Source: an uncultured Chloroflexia bacterium
GTDB taxonomy: Bacteria > Chloroflexota > Limnocylindria > Limnocylindrales > CSP1-4
NCBI GenBank assembly: GCA_963696045.1
Contig: CAVOIR010000011.1
Location: forward strand, 53,412-117,411
Direction: 5' to 3'
DNA length: 64,000 nt
A model generated the notes under the pieces. It searched no databases, had not been told where the DNA came from, and was given only the letters and a program-made list of their open reading frames with translations. Positions 45,531 to 56,345 of the stretch are shown piece by piece; position 1 is the stretch's first letter, and every line of letters starts with the position of its first letter. The position numbers were made by a program, and so were the translations under genes.

Positions 45531-46526
45531 ATGACCGTTCGACGACATCGCTCGTCACTCGCGCTCGCCGTCTTGATGGCCTTCACTGGGCTTGGCCTCG
45601 TGTCCGCGATGACCCAGGCTGCCACGGACGAGCCCATCGTCATCATCACCGACAGGCTCGAGCCGGCCATCCTCGAGGTCGAGCCCGGCACCGCCGTCTC
45701 GTGGCGCAACGAGGACGGCGAGCGCCATCGCATGCGCTCCCGGACCGCGCCATCGGAGTTCGATTCGGGCAACCTCGAACCCGGGCAGACGTTCTCATTC
45801 ACCTTCACGGTGGAGGGCTCTTATCCGTACATCGACGAGCGCGAGGATGATGACCCCGACTATCACGGCACGATCGTTGTCACGGGCGGTGCCCCGCCCG
45901 CCGGCGCCTCGACAGCCGGCACCCTGGCCACGAGCGTCGCGGTCTCCATGATCGACGAGGCCTTCGTGCCCTCCTCGATCGAGGTCGCCACCGGCGCGAC
46001 GGTGACCTGGAGCAACACCGACGGCGACGACGAGCACACGGTGACCGCCGACGACGGCAGCTTCACGAGCGACATCCTGGAGGGTGGCGCGACCTTCAGC
46101 CACACGTTCCCGGAGCCGGGCACCTTCCCGTACGCCTGTCTCATCCACCCCGAGATGCGCGCCACGCTCATCGTCACGGGTCCGGCCGTGGCCGTCAGCC
46201 CGGCCGCCTCTATCGATCCGTCGGCTTCGGCCGCCCCCTCCGCCTCGGGATCGCCGGTCCCGGCTGAACCCCTGGCCGCCGCCCAGGTGTCGCTGGCCGG
46301 TCGCGCATTCAAGCCCGCAGATGTCGCGGTGCCTGCCGGCTCGGCCGTCCAATGGCTGAACGACGATGATGAAGGCCACACCGTGACGGCCGTGGACGGC
46401 TCGTTCAACTCGGGGGTCCTGACCGTCGGCAACGAGTTCACGGAGGCGTTCGAGACGCCAGGGAGCTACGACTACTTCTGCGCCATCCATCCCGAGATGC
46501 GCGGCACGGTCACGGTCACCGAGTAG
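45531..46526 (+). CDS. secreted protein with three tandem cupredoxin domains (first one lacks the Cys ligand)
   Basis: Intact. Signal peptide. Domain 2 TVTWSNTDGDDEHTVTA...FPYACLIHPEM. Domain 3 AVQWLNDDDEGHTVTA...YDYFCAIHPEM. Domain 1 SYPYIDEREDDDPDYHGTI has no Cys. Confidence 0.8.
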   Translation: MTVRRHRSSLALAVLMAFTGLGLVSAMTQAATDEPIVIITDRLEPAILEVEPGTAVSWRNEDGERHRMRSRTAPSEFDSGNLEPGQTFSFTFTVEGSYPYIDEREDDDPDYHGTIVVTGGAPPAGASTAGTLATSVAVSMIDEAFVPSSIEVATGATVTWSNTDGDDEHTVTADDGSFTSDILEGGATFSHTFPEPGTFPYACLIHPEMRATLIVTGPAVAVSPAASIDPSASAAPSASGSPVPAEPLAAAQVSLAGRAFKPADVAVPAGSAVQWLNDDDEGHTVTAVDGSFNSGVLTVGNEFTEAFETPGSYDYFCAIHPEMRGTVTVTE

Positions 46527-46533
46527 CCGGCCG

Positions 46534-47190
46534 TCAGGCCCGTTCGCGAGGCGGACCCTCGCGCGCCACGAGGAGGGCGGCCTCGACGCGGCTGCGCACC
46601 TGGAGCTTGCCCAGGATGTTGGTCATGTAATGCTTGATGGTCTTCTCGGCCAGGCCCAGCCGCTCGCCGACCTCCTGGTTGCTCAGGCCTTCGGCCACCA
46701 ACTGGAGGACCTCGCGCTCCCGGTCGGTGAGCTCGTCGTACGGGCCGGCGCGGGGCGCGCGCAGCTCGCGAAGCATGCCCCACGCGAGCGCCGGTGGGAC
46801 GTAGACCTCGCCGGCTTGCACCGAGCGGATGACGTCTGCCAGCTCTCGGGCCCCGGCGCCTTTGAGGACATAGCCCGAGGCGCCCGCCTTGACGGCCGCG
46901 AGCAGGTCGTCTTCATCCTCAGAGACCGTGAGCATGACGATGCGCGTGGCCGGGCACGCCGACGCGATCTGCCCGGCTGCCGCGAGGCCGCTGCCCGGCA
47001 TGGCGATGTCGAGGACGATGACGTCAGGCAGCTCCGCGCGCGCCAGCGCCAGGGCCGACGGCGCGTCCACGGCCTCGCCCACGATCTCGATGTCACTCTC
47101 GCCCTGCAACGACATCACGACGCCCGCTCTGAGCAGGGGATGGTCGTCGGCGACCGCGACTCGGATGGTCTCCCGAGCCTCGCTCACGCC
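46534..47190 (-). CDS. NarL/FixJ-family (LuxR-type HTH) response regulator
   Basis: REC domain (IRVAVADDHPLLRAG, VIVLDIAMPG) plus LuxR HTH (LTDREREVLQLVAEGLSNQEVGERLGLAEKTIKHYMTNILGKL). GTG start overlaps the kinase stop (GTGA). Confidence 0.8.
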   Translation of the reverse strand, partial: GVSEARETIRVAVADDHPLLRAGVVMSLQGESDIEIVGEAVDAPSALALARAELPDVIVLDIAMPGSGLAAAGQIASACPATRIVMLTVSEDEDDLLAAVKAGASGYVLKGAGARELADVIRSVQAGEVYVPPALAWGMLRELRAPRAGPYDELTDREREVLQLVAEGLSNQEVGERLGLAEKTIKHYMTNILGKLQVRSRVEAALLVAREGPPRERA

Positions 47191-48740
47191 TCGGCCGTCC
47201 CGATCTGCAGCGGCCACCAGACGCGCAGCTCGGTCCCGGCCCCCGGCGCTGAGCGGATGGCGAACGAACCACCCAGGATCTCTGCCTGCTCGCGGATGCC
47301 AGCCAGGCCCAACCCCTCGCTGCGCTCGAGCGATGCCGGATCGAACCCGGCCCCGTCATCACGCACGACGAGCTCGAGGCCGGGCAGCCCGCCGGCACGG
47401 GTGCCGTGCTTGCCGGAGAGATCGACGCTGAGCGCGCGTCCCGCCGCCGTGGCGGGTCGCGTTGGAGAGCGATTCCTGGAGCGCTCGGAAGAGGGCGATC
47501 TTCAGCGGCAGCGGCACGTCGGCCGGCAGCTCCCGCGTCCGCAGCGCGACCGTAGCGCCGCTCCGACGCTCATGATCCAGGACGGCGCGCGACGCCACGG
47601 CTTCCACGCCCATCGGCGCGAGCTCGGGGACGCGCAGGCCCGCGGCCACGCTGCGCATGTCGGTCATGGCCTCCTGGAGGATCCGCTCCACCTCCCCGAG
47701 CTCCTCGGCGCTCGGGGGGTCGCCCCGCTCGGACCGCTTCTGCAGGTCGTCGAGGCGCAGGAGGGCGAGCGAAAGCATCTGCCCGGGGCCGTCGTGGAGG
47801 TCGGAGCTGACTCGTCGCATGGAGCGTTCGTTCAGCATCGTGGAGCGCTCTGCTGCCGAGAGGACCCGGTCGCTGAGCTCGGCGTTCTCATCCAGCAGCA
47901 CGGTCAGCTCCGAGACCTGGTCGGTCAGGGCGCGCTCCTGGCGCTTGATGGTGTCGCTGCCTCGCTTCACGATGCCGAAGAGGAGCGCGGCCGAGACGAA
48001 GATGGCGAGAGTCACGACGAGCCAGGTCGTGCGGCGGGCCTCGTCGACCTGCTGGTTCGTCTCGCGCGGCGAGAGGTAGAACTCGGCCACCGCGATGATG
48101 CGCTCGGTGCCGCGCTCACGGACCGGCACGTAGAGCTCGAGGAGGCGCGACCAGCGTGCCCGCTCCCAGGCGTTCTCCTCGCCGCTGAGGTCGTCCATGG
48201 AGCTCACGACCTGGCCTCGCCAGGCCTCCGCGAGGTGCTCGTCCACCGGGAAGGCTCCGGCCGATGAGCTCCTCGTTGGGGCTGTAGACGACCTCGCCGT
48301 CCTCTGACCAGAGACGCATGGAGCGCACGCGGTCGGCGAAGGCAGGCGAGGCCAGGTGCGCATCGAGCGTCCGCAGCTCCTCGGCCGTCAGCTCCCCGCC
48401 GTCCGCCAGCGAGGCCACGCTGGGCTCGATGATCGACGCCGACGTAGAGCGACGTGACCGAGGCCGTGCGGTCCAGGATGCTGCGCTCGAGCTGGTTGCC
48501 GACCCAGACGCCGACGGTGAGCCCGGCCACAAGCAGGATGGCCAGGTTGGCGAGCAGGAAGCGCTGGGCCAGGGACGTCGTGGCGACGATGCGCCAGGGA
48601 TGCGACAGCAGGGCGTCGCGGCGCGTGCCGGAGGCGACGCGCGGCCGAAGGCGGCTGCGCGGCAGAGGACGACCCGACGCCAGACGAGGTGGCGGCGCGC
48701 CTGGAGCGGGCGCGTCGGTCGGTGGGCTGCGCGCGCGAGA
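47187..48740 (-). CDS. NarX-like sensor histidine kinase (HisKA_3 / HATPase_c) with periplasmic sensor domain; about 3 frameshifts
   Basis: N-terminus in 48204-49052, sensor in 48116-48772, HAMP/HisKA_3 (SDLHDGPGQMLSLALLRL) in 47359-48363, and ATPase C-terminus (RDDGAGFDP...GLGLAGIREQAEILGGSFAIRSAPGAGTEL) in 47184-47366. Confidence 0.6.
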
Positions 48741-48930
48741 CATCGCCCCATGGTAGGCGCCGGACGCGCCATCCCGAGTAGCGACCCACGTCCGAGGCTC
48801 GCTATCGGACCAAGGTCCGTGATGATTCCCGACCGCCGCCCGTTCCCGCTGGCTCTCGCGCTGCCTGAGACTCATGGCCGACCCAGCCGCACCGGGCGGC
48901 GTGGACCAGGCAAGGAGGCTCGCGACCGTG

Positions 48931-49348
48931 ATGAAGGGGGAACGCACACACCGCGTCACGACGGCTGGTCGAGCGGAGCGCTCGCGGTCGTGATGCTGGC
49001 GCTGCTGGCGGCACGCCGTGAGCGTCGTGGCCAAGGACGGCGACGTCATCACGCAGGGCGAGCTGCTCGGCCAGCACCGACTGGAAGCTCAAGCTCAGCG
49101 AGGAGGACGGGCGCATCGAGGTCGAGTTCGAGGTCGACCAGAACCAGAACGGCAGGACCTGGAACGTGAAGCTGAAGCGGAACGGGAACACCGTCTGGAG
49201 CGGTCAGCGGACGACGCAGGGCCCGAGCGGCTCCTTCGAGGTCCGCAAGGTCATCAGCGATGGGGCGGGTACCGACCAGATCGTGGCTCGCGCCAAGTAC
49301 CCGGCCAGCGGCGAGGTCTGCCGCGGGACGGCGACCTTCAGCGCGTAG
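48931..49348 (+). CDS. small secreted hypothetical protein; frameshifted
   Basis: AAGGAGG then ATG 48931. Sensible segments are in three frames, ending ...KLKRNGNTVWSGQRTTQGPSGSFEVRKVISDGAGTDQIVARAKYPASGEVCRGTATFSA. Confidence 0.35.
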
Positions 49349-49411
49349 CCGCGGAGGGGTACCGGGGGTCATGGGGGTCAACACCAGGCAGCAGGAGGCA
49401 ATCAGCTAGAG

Positions 49412-50326
49412 ATGTCAGACACGATCCAAGGCTCCGCTCGACGGCCACGCCGGAGCCCTGGCATTCGCCGCGGGGCTGGCGTTGCAGCGCCATGCTGCTC
49501 GCGCCCAGCCGCGAGCTTCGCTCAGGATGGCGCTGGTGACCGTCAACGCCACGACCGGCGACCTCGGGACATTCCTCGTGGATGCCGACGGCAGGACCCT
49601 CTACTACTTCACCCGCGACGTCACGCCGGGCGTCAGCGTCTGCGAGGGCGACTGCCTCGAGGAACTGGCCGCCGCTCGCGGTGGCGGAGGCCAGGCAGCC
49701 GTCACGGCCGGTGAGGGCGTGACCGGCACCCTCGGGGCCATCACGCGCGCGGACGGCACGATGCAGGTCGACCTATCGCGGCCGACCGCTCTACTACTTC
49801 GCCGGCGACGCCGCAGCTGGCGAGACCAACGGCCAGGGCCTCAACGAGCGTCTGGTTCGTGGCCGCCGAGGATGGCTCGTCGCCGCCCAACCCGCCGGCG
49901 GAAGGCGCGCCCTCACCCGGTCCGCGGGCTTGACCATCGGACCGCGACGTCAGACCTGGGCACGTTCCTGACCGGGCGTGACGGGCTGACCTCTACTTCT
50001 TCGCCAATGACGTCGACGCCCGGCGTCAGCGTCTGCGAGGGCGACTGCCTGACGGCCTGGCCGCCCGGCCACCGTGGCTCGCCGGCGAGACCGTGGCTGC
50101 CGGCGAGGGCGTGACAGGCGTGCTCGGGATCATCACGGGCACCGACGGCAACCCACAGGTGACCTACGACGGCCGACCGCTCTACTACTTCCAGGGCGAC
50201 ACCGAGGCCGGCCAGACGAACGGGCAGGGCATCGACGACGTCTGGTGGGTGGCCGACGTCAGCGGCGCGCTGATGGCCCTCGGCAGAGTCGATGGCTCCG
50301 GCGAGTCGATGGCTCCGGCAGAGTAG
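49412..50326 (+). CDS. secreted lipoprotein of the Yx(FWY)xxD-motif repeat family (PF03640-like), two repeats; frameshifted
   Basis: [34 protein letters not shown] in ORF 49482-50114, and [48 protein letters not shown] in ORF 50093-50326. Confidence 0.55.
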
Positions 50327-50418
50327 CCCGCGCCACAGCCGTTCCGACGAGCCCTCGCGGCCAGCAGGCCCGGGGGCTCGCCCTCATGCAGGCCGCGGCA
50401 GGCGACGGTCCGGCGGCG

Positions 50419-50745
50419 TCAGCGGCCGCGCTTCAGGAGGGTCAACAGGAGCGTCACTGGCGTCGTCGCGAAGACGCTGTGGGGTGTATCCGCCGGCAGG
50501 TGCAGCCAGGTGCCTGGGCGGCCCTCGATCATCTGGTCGGCCACGCCGATCCGCGATTCTCCGTCGATCACCTCGATGGTCACGGGCATGGCGGCGGTGT
50601 GGTCGGTGAGCTGCTGGCCGGCCGCGAACGAGAAGAGCACGACCCGCACGTCCTCATCGTTGTGGAGCGTGCGGCTGACGATGCCGTCCGCGGGCGTGGC
50701 CACCGGTTGGCGCAGGTCATGGACGATCGGCGATGTGGCCTTCAT
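50419..50745 (-). CDS. cupin-domain protein
   Basis: Intact 108 aa. VLFSFAAGQQLTDHTAAMPVTIEVIDGESRIGVADQMIEGRPGTWLHLPADTPHSV. Confidence 0.7.
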   Translation of the reverse strand: MKATSPIVHDLRQPVATPADGIVSRTLHNDEDVRVVLFSFAAGQQLTDHTAAMPVTIEVIDGESRIGVADQMIEGRPGTWLHLPADTPHSVFATTPVTLLLTLLKRGR

Positions 50746-51129
50746 GGTCCCCCCGCGCGATCGTGCTGCGACGAGGCTCGCCGGGACGCACGGAGCGCGG
50801 TGACGATCCGCCCGATGAGCCCGTTGGGGATGGTCGTGCCGAGTGGGAACTGCAACGTCCCCTTGCCGGACCGGTATGGCGTCAGCTCGTCCTCGAGAGC
50901 CGGGTCTCCCGTGGGGACCGGATAGAGGCTGACATGTCGCTTCCAGCCTGCCATGTAGACGAGATATCGGCCGTCCACGAAGAACGTCGGCAAGCCGTAG
51001 CTGATGCCTTCGCTGGCTTCCGGGACGGCCTCCCGAATGGCTGCCCGGACCGTCCGCAGGGCCGACTGCGTATCGCGTGGCAGGGAGGCGATGTAGTCAT
51101 CGACCGCGGCCGGATCGTCGTCCACGCTC
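50742..51129 (-). CDS. DUF1801 (YdhG-like) domain protein
   Basis: GTG start. DDYIASLPRDTQSALRTVRAAIREAVPEASEGISYGLPTFFVDGRYLVYMAGWKRHVSLYP is a DUF1801 signature. Confidence 0.65.
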
Positions 51130-52828
51130 AGTGGCGACCAGCCGGCATCTCGTCGTCGACCTCGACCGGCACCGCGATCTGGTTGCGCGACGCCGTCGCC
51201 CCGGAGGCCGCGGCGGGGAAGCTCTCCGTCACCGGAGCCGGCGCCTCCCGGAGCAGCAGGACGAGACCGGCTGCGGCGAGCGACGTCACGATGCCGACCG
51301 TGAACGTGCTCGCGGTGGCGAGCGAGAAGGCTTCGTAGATGGCGTCGACGAGGGTCGGGATGAACGGTTCGACCTGCGCTCGGGCCGCCTCCGGGATGCC
51401 GGCCAGGATGGCCGCGCCGAGGTCGCCTACCCCAGTGAGCTGCTCCGCACCGACGCCGCCGCCGGCCATGGCCTCCGCGAGCTGCGGCGGTATCTCCGCC
51501 GCGGCGATCTGGCGCGGGACCTGTTCCGCGATGGCCGATGCGAACGCCGTGCCCGTGATGGCCAGACCGACCGTCCCACCGACCTGCTGGAAGAAGGTCA
51601 GGCTGCTGCTGGCGGTGCCAAGTCGGGCGATGGGGACGCTGTTCTGGACGATGAGGATGAAGACGGCGAACGTGGGACCCACGCCGATGCCGGTCACGAG
51701 CATGTACGCCCAGAGCACCGGGATCGGCGTGTCGGCGTGCATCGTGCTCAGCAGATAGAGGCCCGCCGCGGTGAGGAGCAGAGCCACGAAGATGAGCCAC
51801 CGGTAGCGGCCCGTCCGGCCACGATCTGGCCCGAGACGACGGCGCTCACGATGAGACCGCCGAGCAGCGGCAGGAGCTGGTAGCCCGATTCGGTGGCCGA
51901 GCTGCCGTTCACGACCTGGAACCAGCGCGGCAGGAAGACGACCGCCGCGAAGAACCCGAACGCGGCCAGGAACGTGGCCGCCACGGACACCGAGAAGGAC
52001 CGGATCCGGAACAGTGCCGAGGGGCACGATGGGTTCGGCGGCGCGGGACTCCACGAAGAGGAAGGCCACGAGGATGACCGCGCCGAGCAGGATCAGTCCG
52101 CCCACGGACGGGTCGGTCCACTCCGCGGCCGCCTTGTTGGTGAGGCCGACGAGGATGGGCACGAGCGCGGCCGTGAAGAGCACGGCACCGAGGTAGTCGA
52201 TCCTGGGCCGGTCGCCGCCCAGGTGGTAGGCCGGCAGGTAGCGCCACACCATCAGGGCCGCCACGGCGCCGACCGGCAGGTTGACGAAGAAGACCCAGTG
52301 CCATCCCAGCGTGTCGGTGATGAGACCGCCGATGGCCGGGCCGACGAGGATCGAGAGGCCGAAGACCGCGCCGAAGAGGCCCTGGTACTTGCCCCGCTCC
52401 GACGGCGCGAAGATGTCGCCGATGATGGCGATCGCGATCGGGAACAGCGCTCCGGCGCCGAGGCCCTGGATGCCGCGGGCGGCGATGAGCCACTCGATCG
52501 ACGGCGAGACGCCGGCCAGCACGGAGCCGACGAGGAAGATGCCGATGCCGAGCAGGAAGATGGGTCGGCGTCCGAACAGGTCCGAGAGCTTGCCGTAGAG
52601 CGGCCCGCTGATGGTGGCGGTCAGCAGGTAGGCCGTGAAGGCCCACGTGTAGACCTCGTTGCCCCGCAGGTCGGTGACGATGCGCGGCAGCGCCGTGCCC
52701 ACGACCGTCTGGTCGAGCGCCGCCAGGAAGACGCCGATCATGACCGCCAGCAGGATGCGCAGGCGGATCGGTTGCGCCAGCTCCACCGGCGCGCGGTCGA
52801 CGAAGGGGGTTGAAGCGGTGGTGGTCAT
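51128..52828 (-). CDS. MFS transporter, DHA2 (EmrB/QacA) 14-TM type; frameshifts near 51990 and 51800
   Basis: N-terminal LDQTVVGTALPRIVTDLRG and GKLSDLFGRRP motifs in ORF 51128-52828. Continuation in ORF 51748-51990. C-terminal part at the end of the same long ORF. Confidence 0.7.
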   Translation of the reverse strand: MTTTASTPFVDRAPVELAQPIRLRILLAVMIGVFLAALDQTVVGTALPRIVTDLRGNEVYTWAFTAYLLTATISGPLYGKLSDLFGRRPIFLLGIGIFLVGSVLAGVSPSIEWLIAARGIQGLGAGALFPIAIAIIGDIFAPSERGKYQGLFGAVFGLSILVGPAIGGLITDTLGWHWVFFVNLPVGAVAALMVWRYLPAYHLGGDRPRIDYLGAVLFTAALVPILVGLTNKAAAEWTDPSVGGLILLGAVILVAFLFVESRAAEPIVPLGTVPDPVLLGVRGGHVPGRVRVLRGGRLPAALVPGRERQLGHRIGLPAPAAARRSHRERRRLGPDRGRTGRYRWLIFVALLLTAAGLYLLSTMHADTPIPVLWAYMLVTGIGVGPTFAVFILIVQNSVPIARLGTASSSLTFFQQVGGTVGLAITGTAFASAIAEQVPRQIAAAEIPPQLAEAMAGGGVGAEQLTGVGDLGAAILAGIPEAARAQVEPFIPTLVDAIYEAFSLATASTFTVGIVTSLAAAGLVLLLREAPAPVTESFPAAASGATASRNQIAVPVEVDDEMPAGRH

Positions 52829-53457
52829 CGGGCTCCTCCGACGCGGATGGACAGGTCAGTGGCCGCATCGGGATCGGGGGTCTGGGCCAGTCCCCCGAAT
52901 GCCCCTGTGCTCCGCACCAGTGAAGCCAGGCGCAGTATGCCACCTTGCCCGAGCGAGCGCCTCGACCTGCGTTCCGCCGTCGTTCGTGTCGTAGCTGGGC
53001 GACTCCGCCCGGTCGGGGCCGAGCGGTACGGGCAAGGCGCCCAGCTGGTTGCGCATGCGCCACGTCGACAGGCGAGCCCGCAGGCGACGCGCCGCTGGTC
53101 GGAACCGGCCGTCGTGACGTCGTGCCGAAACCGCGGCACCTCGGGCGAACCGCTTGTCGTGGACGGCCTGGACCACCTCCTGAGTGGTCCGTGAGATGGG
53201 GGTGGGAGGCATGCGCTTGATCCTCATTACCTGTCTGGCCCCCTCGAACGGCATGATGCGGCCGTACCGGTAGACATGGAAGGGCCAGTTGCATGACATG
53301 AGCGAAGACCAGTTCGGCCATCGGGTCGTTCGCGGCGGCACGCTCGAGCCACGCCCGCGATCGGGCAAGTCATGCGCAACGTCCAGGTAGCGGTCACACT
53401 GGATCGGCCGCTGTGGAGCGAGGAGACGATCATGGACCACTACACCAGGGCGGCCGC

Positions 53458-54511
53458 ATGATGGTCCCGAGCTACGGCTTCCCCACCGTCTACGGACGCG
53501 GCCTGCTCGACGAGGTGCCCTCCTTCGCGCATCGGCCCTACCTCGTGGTGACCATGGCGGACCTGTGGCCGCGCTTCGAGGCCCGCCTGCGCGACGGCCT
53601 CGGTGCCGTGCATCTCGTGGACTCCCTCGACGTGGCCGCGCTCGACCGTGGCCGCGGCGCGGCTGCCGGACGTGCGCTCGATCATCGGCCTCGGCGGCGG
53701 CCAGGCCATCGACGTGGCCAAGTACTTCGCCTGGACGAAGCAGCTGCCTCTCTTCCAGTTCCCCACCGCCATGACCGTCAACGCGCCCTTCGGCCAGCGC
53801 GCCGGGGTCCGTCAGGACGGGCTGGTGCGCTACCTGGGGTGGGCGGTGCCCGAGGCCGTCTACGTCGACTTCGACATCATCCAGTCGGCTCCCGCGGCCC
53901 TGAACCGGGCGGGTGTCGGGGACATCCTCTGCTACCACACGGCCCACTGGGACTGGCGCGCCGCCAGCGAAAGCGGCGTCGTCGAGCCGCGATGGCCGTA
54001 CGACGAGGAGCTCGTCGCCGCGGCACGCGAGCGGCTCGAGAGCGTCATGGCCGCCCTCGACGACATCCATGCCGTGACGGAGCGCGGCATCCGGACCCTG
54101 ATGGAGGCGCACCGCTGGGGCGGCGCGGCCTTCCACGACGCGGGCTGGAACCCGCGGCACATCGAGGGCGTGGAGCACTTCCTCTTCTACAACCTGGAGC
54201 GGCGCACGGGCCGGCATTTCATCCACGGCCAGCCAGTCGGGCTCGGCATCGTCTTCGGGTCCTTCCTCCAGGAGAACGACCCGGAGCGCATGCTCGCGGC
54301 GCTCCACCGGGTCGGGGTCGACATCCGACCCGAGGCCATGGGCGTGACGTGGGACCAGGTCGAGGAGGCCATGGTCAGCCTGCCCGCGTTCGTCCGTGAG
54401 GCGGGCCTGTGGACGACGGTCGTCGACCTTCGGCCGGTGACCGACGGACTGATCGAGACCGTCCGGTCGCGCATCGTCGAGACCTACGGGGAGTGGGAGG
54501 AGCGAGCATGA
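53458..54511 (+). CDS. iron-containing ADH-fold / glycerol-1-phosphate dehydrogenase-like (DHQS-like superfamily) enzyme; one frameshift near 53650
   Basis: MMVPSYGFPTVYGRGLLDEV... then IGLGGGQAIDVAKYFAW (GGG-x-x-D nucleotide motif) in ORF 53603-54511. This resembles sn-glycerol-1-phosphate dehydrogenase / AraM. Confidence 0.6.
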
Positions 54512-55396
54512 AGCTGGGCATCAGCCTGCCGCAGGGCTGCGACCGCGAGTACATCGGCCTGTCGCCTGCGGATGCCTGGCGGCGCACCGTGGAGATCGCG
54601 CAGCTCTGCGAGGAGGCGGGCTTCGAGTCGCTCTGGATCAACGACCACTTCCAGGTCGACCCGCCGGTCATCGAGGCGCCCATCTTCGAGCCGTTCGTGG
54701 AGCTCGCCGGGCTGGCCATGGCGACGCGACGGGCGCGCCTCGGCCACCTCGTGCTGGCGGCCGCGTATCGGAACCCGGCCCTGACCGCCAAGGCCATCTC
54801 CAGCATCGACGTCCTCAGCGGGGGTCGCGCGGTGCTGGGCATCGGTGCCGGCTGGAAGCAGGACGAGTGGATCGCCTACGGCTACGGGTTCCCCGACGTC
54901 AGGACGCGTCTGGCCATCTTCCGGGACCATCTCGAGATCATCAGCCGGATGCTCGCCCCGGGTCGTGCCACCTATCACGGCGAGCACGCCCACGTCATCG
55001 ATGCCGTCCACGAGCCCAAGGGCTTCGATGGTCCCGTGCCCGATCCTCATCGGCGGCAACGGGCCCGAGGTCACCTGGCGGCTGGCCGCGCGCTTCGCCG
55101 ACGAGCTCAACCTCGATTCCCGGATGCCGGCCCAGGTCGCGGCGGCCCTGCCGGTCATCCGGGAGCGCTGCGAGGAGATCGGCCGCGACCCGGCCAGCCT
55201 CAAGGTGTCGGTGTACCTCTGGGGCCCGCCGGCCGACGTCAGCCCCGGTCGCGAGCGGGTGGAGCGCCTGCTCGAGTTCGCGGAGACGGGCCTGGACATG
55301 GCCATCGTCCAGGGCTTCATGGGCACGACCGACCCCGCGGCGCTCGATTCGCTCATCGAGGACTGCCAGGCGACGGGGCTGCTGGCGCCCGCCTGA
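54509..55396 (+). CDS. LLM-class F420-dependent oxidoreductase (luciferase-like); one frameshift near 55020
   Basis: MKLGISLPQG...FESLWINDHFQ...VLGIGAGW (ORF 54409-55686), then ILIGGNGPEVTWRLAARFADELNL (ORF 54845-55396). The start overlaps the upstream stop (ATGA). Confidence 0.65.
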
Positions 55397-55477
55397 GCGC
55401 GCGGACGTCGCCCATCGGGACTCCTGGTCGGGCTGACCGGCCACCGTGCATCGAGCCCTGCTCTACGATGCTCGCGC

Positions 55478-56305
55478 ATGCGATTCGAGCCCAACCTGTC
55501 GATGCTCTTCACCGAGCTGCCCCTGCTGGAGCGCCCGGCGGCCGCCGCGGCGGCCGGGTTCGAGGCGGCCGAGCTGTGGTGGCCGTTCGATGGCCCGGAG
55601 CCGTCAGGCGCGCAGGTGGACGAGCTCGTGGCCGCGTTCGAGGCGGCCGGCATCGGCCTGGCCTGCCTGAACTTCTACGGCGGTGACTTCAGCATCGGGG
55701 AGCGCGGGCTGACCTCCGTGCCCGGCGCCGAGGCCCGCTTCCGCGCCAACGTGGACCCGGCCGTGGAGCTCGCCGGGCGCCTGCGCTGTCCGCACGCTCA
55801 ACGCGCTGTACGGCAACCGCGATCCGGAGACCACCCAGGCGCGACAGGAGGCGCTGGCCATCGAGAACCTCGCCCATGCGCCGCTGCCGCCGCAGCCGCG
55901 TCGGGGCGCAGCTCGTCGTGGAGGCGCTCAACGCGGTCGAGTACCCGCGCTACGGCGCTCAACACGCTCGGCGGACGTGGTGGCCTTCCTCGACCGCGCC
56001 CGCGCCGCCGGGGTCGAGGCCAGCCTGCAGCTTCGACATCTATCACGTCGTCATGGGCGGCGAGGACCCGCTTGGCGTTCGTGGCCGCACACGCGCGACC
56101 GCATCGGCCACGTGCAGGTCGCGGACGTCCCTGGGCGCCACGAGCCCGGCACGGGCACGGTCGACTTCGCAGCCATCCTCGATGCCATCGAGCGGATCGG
56201 GCTACGCCGGCTGGGTCGGGTTCGAGTACCTCCCGAGCATGGAGAGCCGGCTGCAGCGTGGAGCAGGCGCTGCGCGCTTGGCTCGGCGGGACGACACCGC
56301 CTGAG
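55478..56305 (+). CDS. hydroxypyruvate isomerase-like sugar-phosphate isomerase/epimerase (xylose-isomerase-like TIM barrel); heavily frameshifted
   Basis: MRFEPNLSMLFTELPLLERPAAAAAAGFEAAELWWPF then fragments in all three frames (NALYGNRDPETTQARQEALAIENL; IGHVQVADVPGRHEPGTGTVDFAAILDAIERIG; AGWVGFEY). Confidence 0.55.
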
Positions 56306-56345
56306 CAGGCCCGCCGGACGCTGCCATCGTCACGGACCGATTCAC

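Noticed and set aside
52856-54307. 483-aa minus-strand ORF
   Set aside because: It is antisense to the clearly recognisable G1PDH-like gene (GGGQAIDVAKYFAW on the plus strand). Its composition is Arg/Pro/Gly-rich with no motifs.
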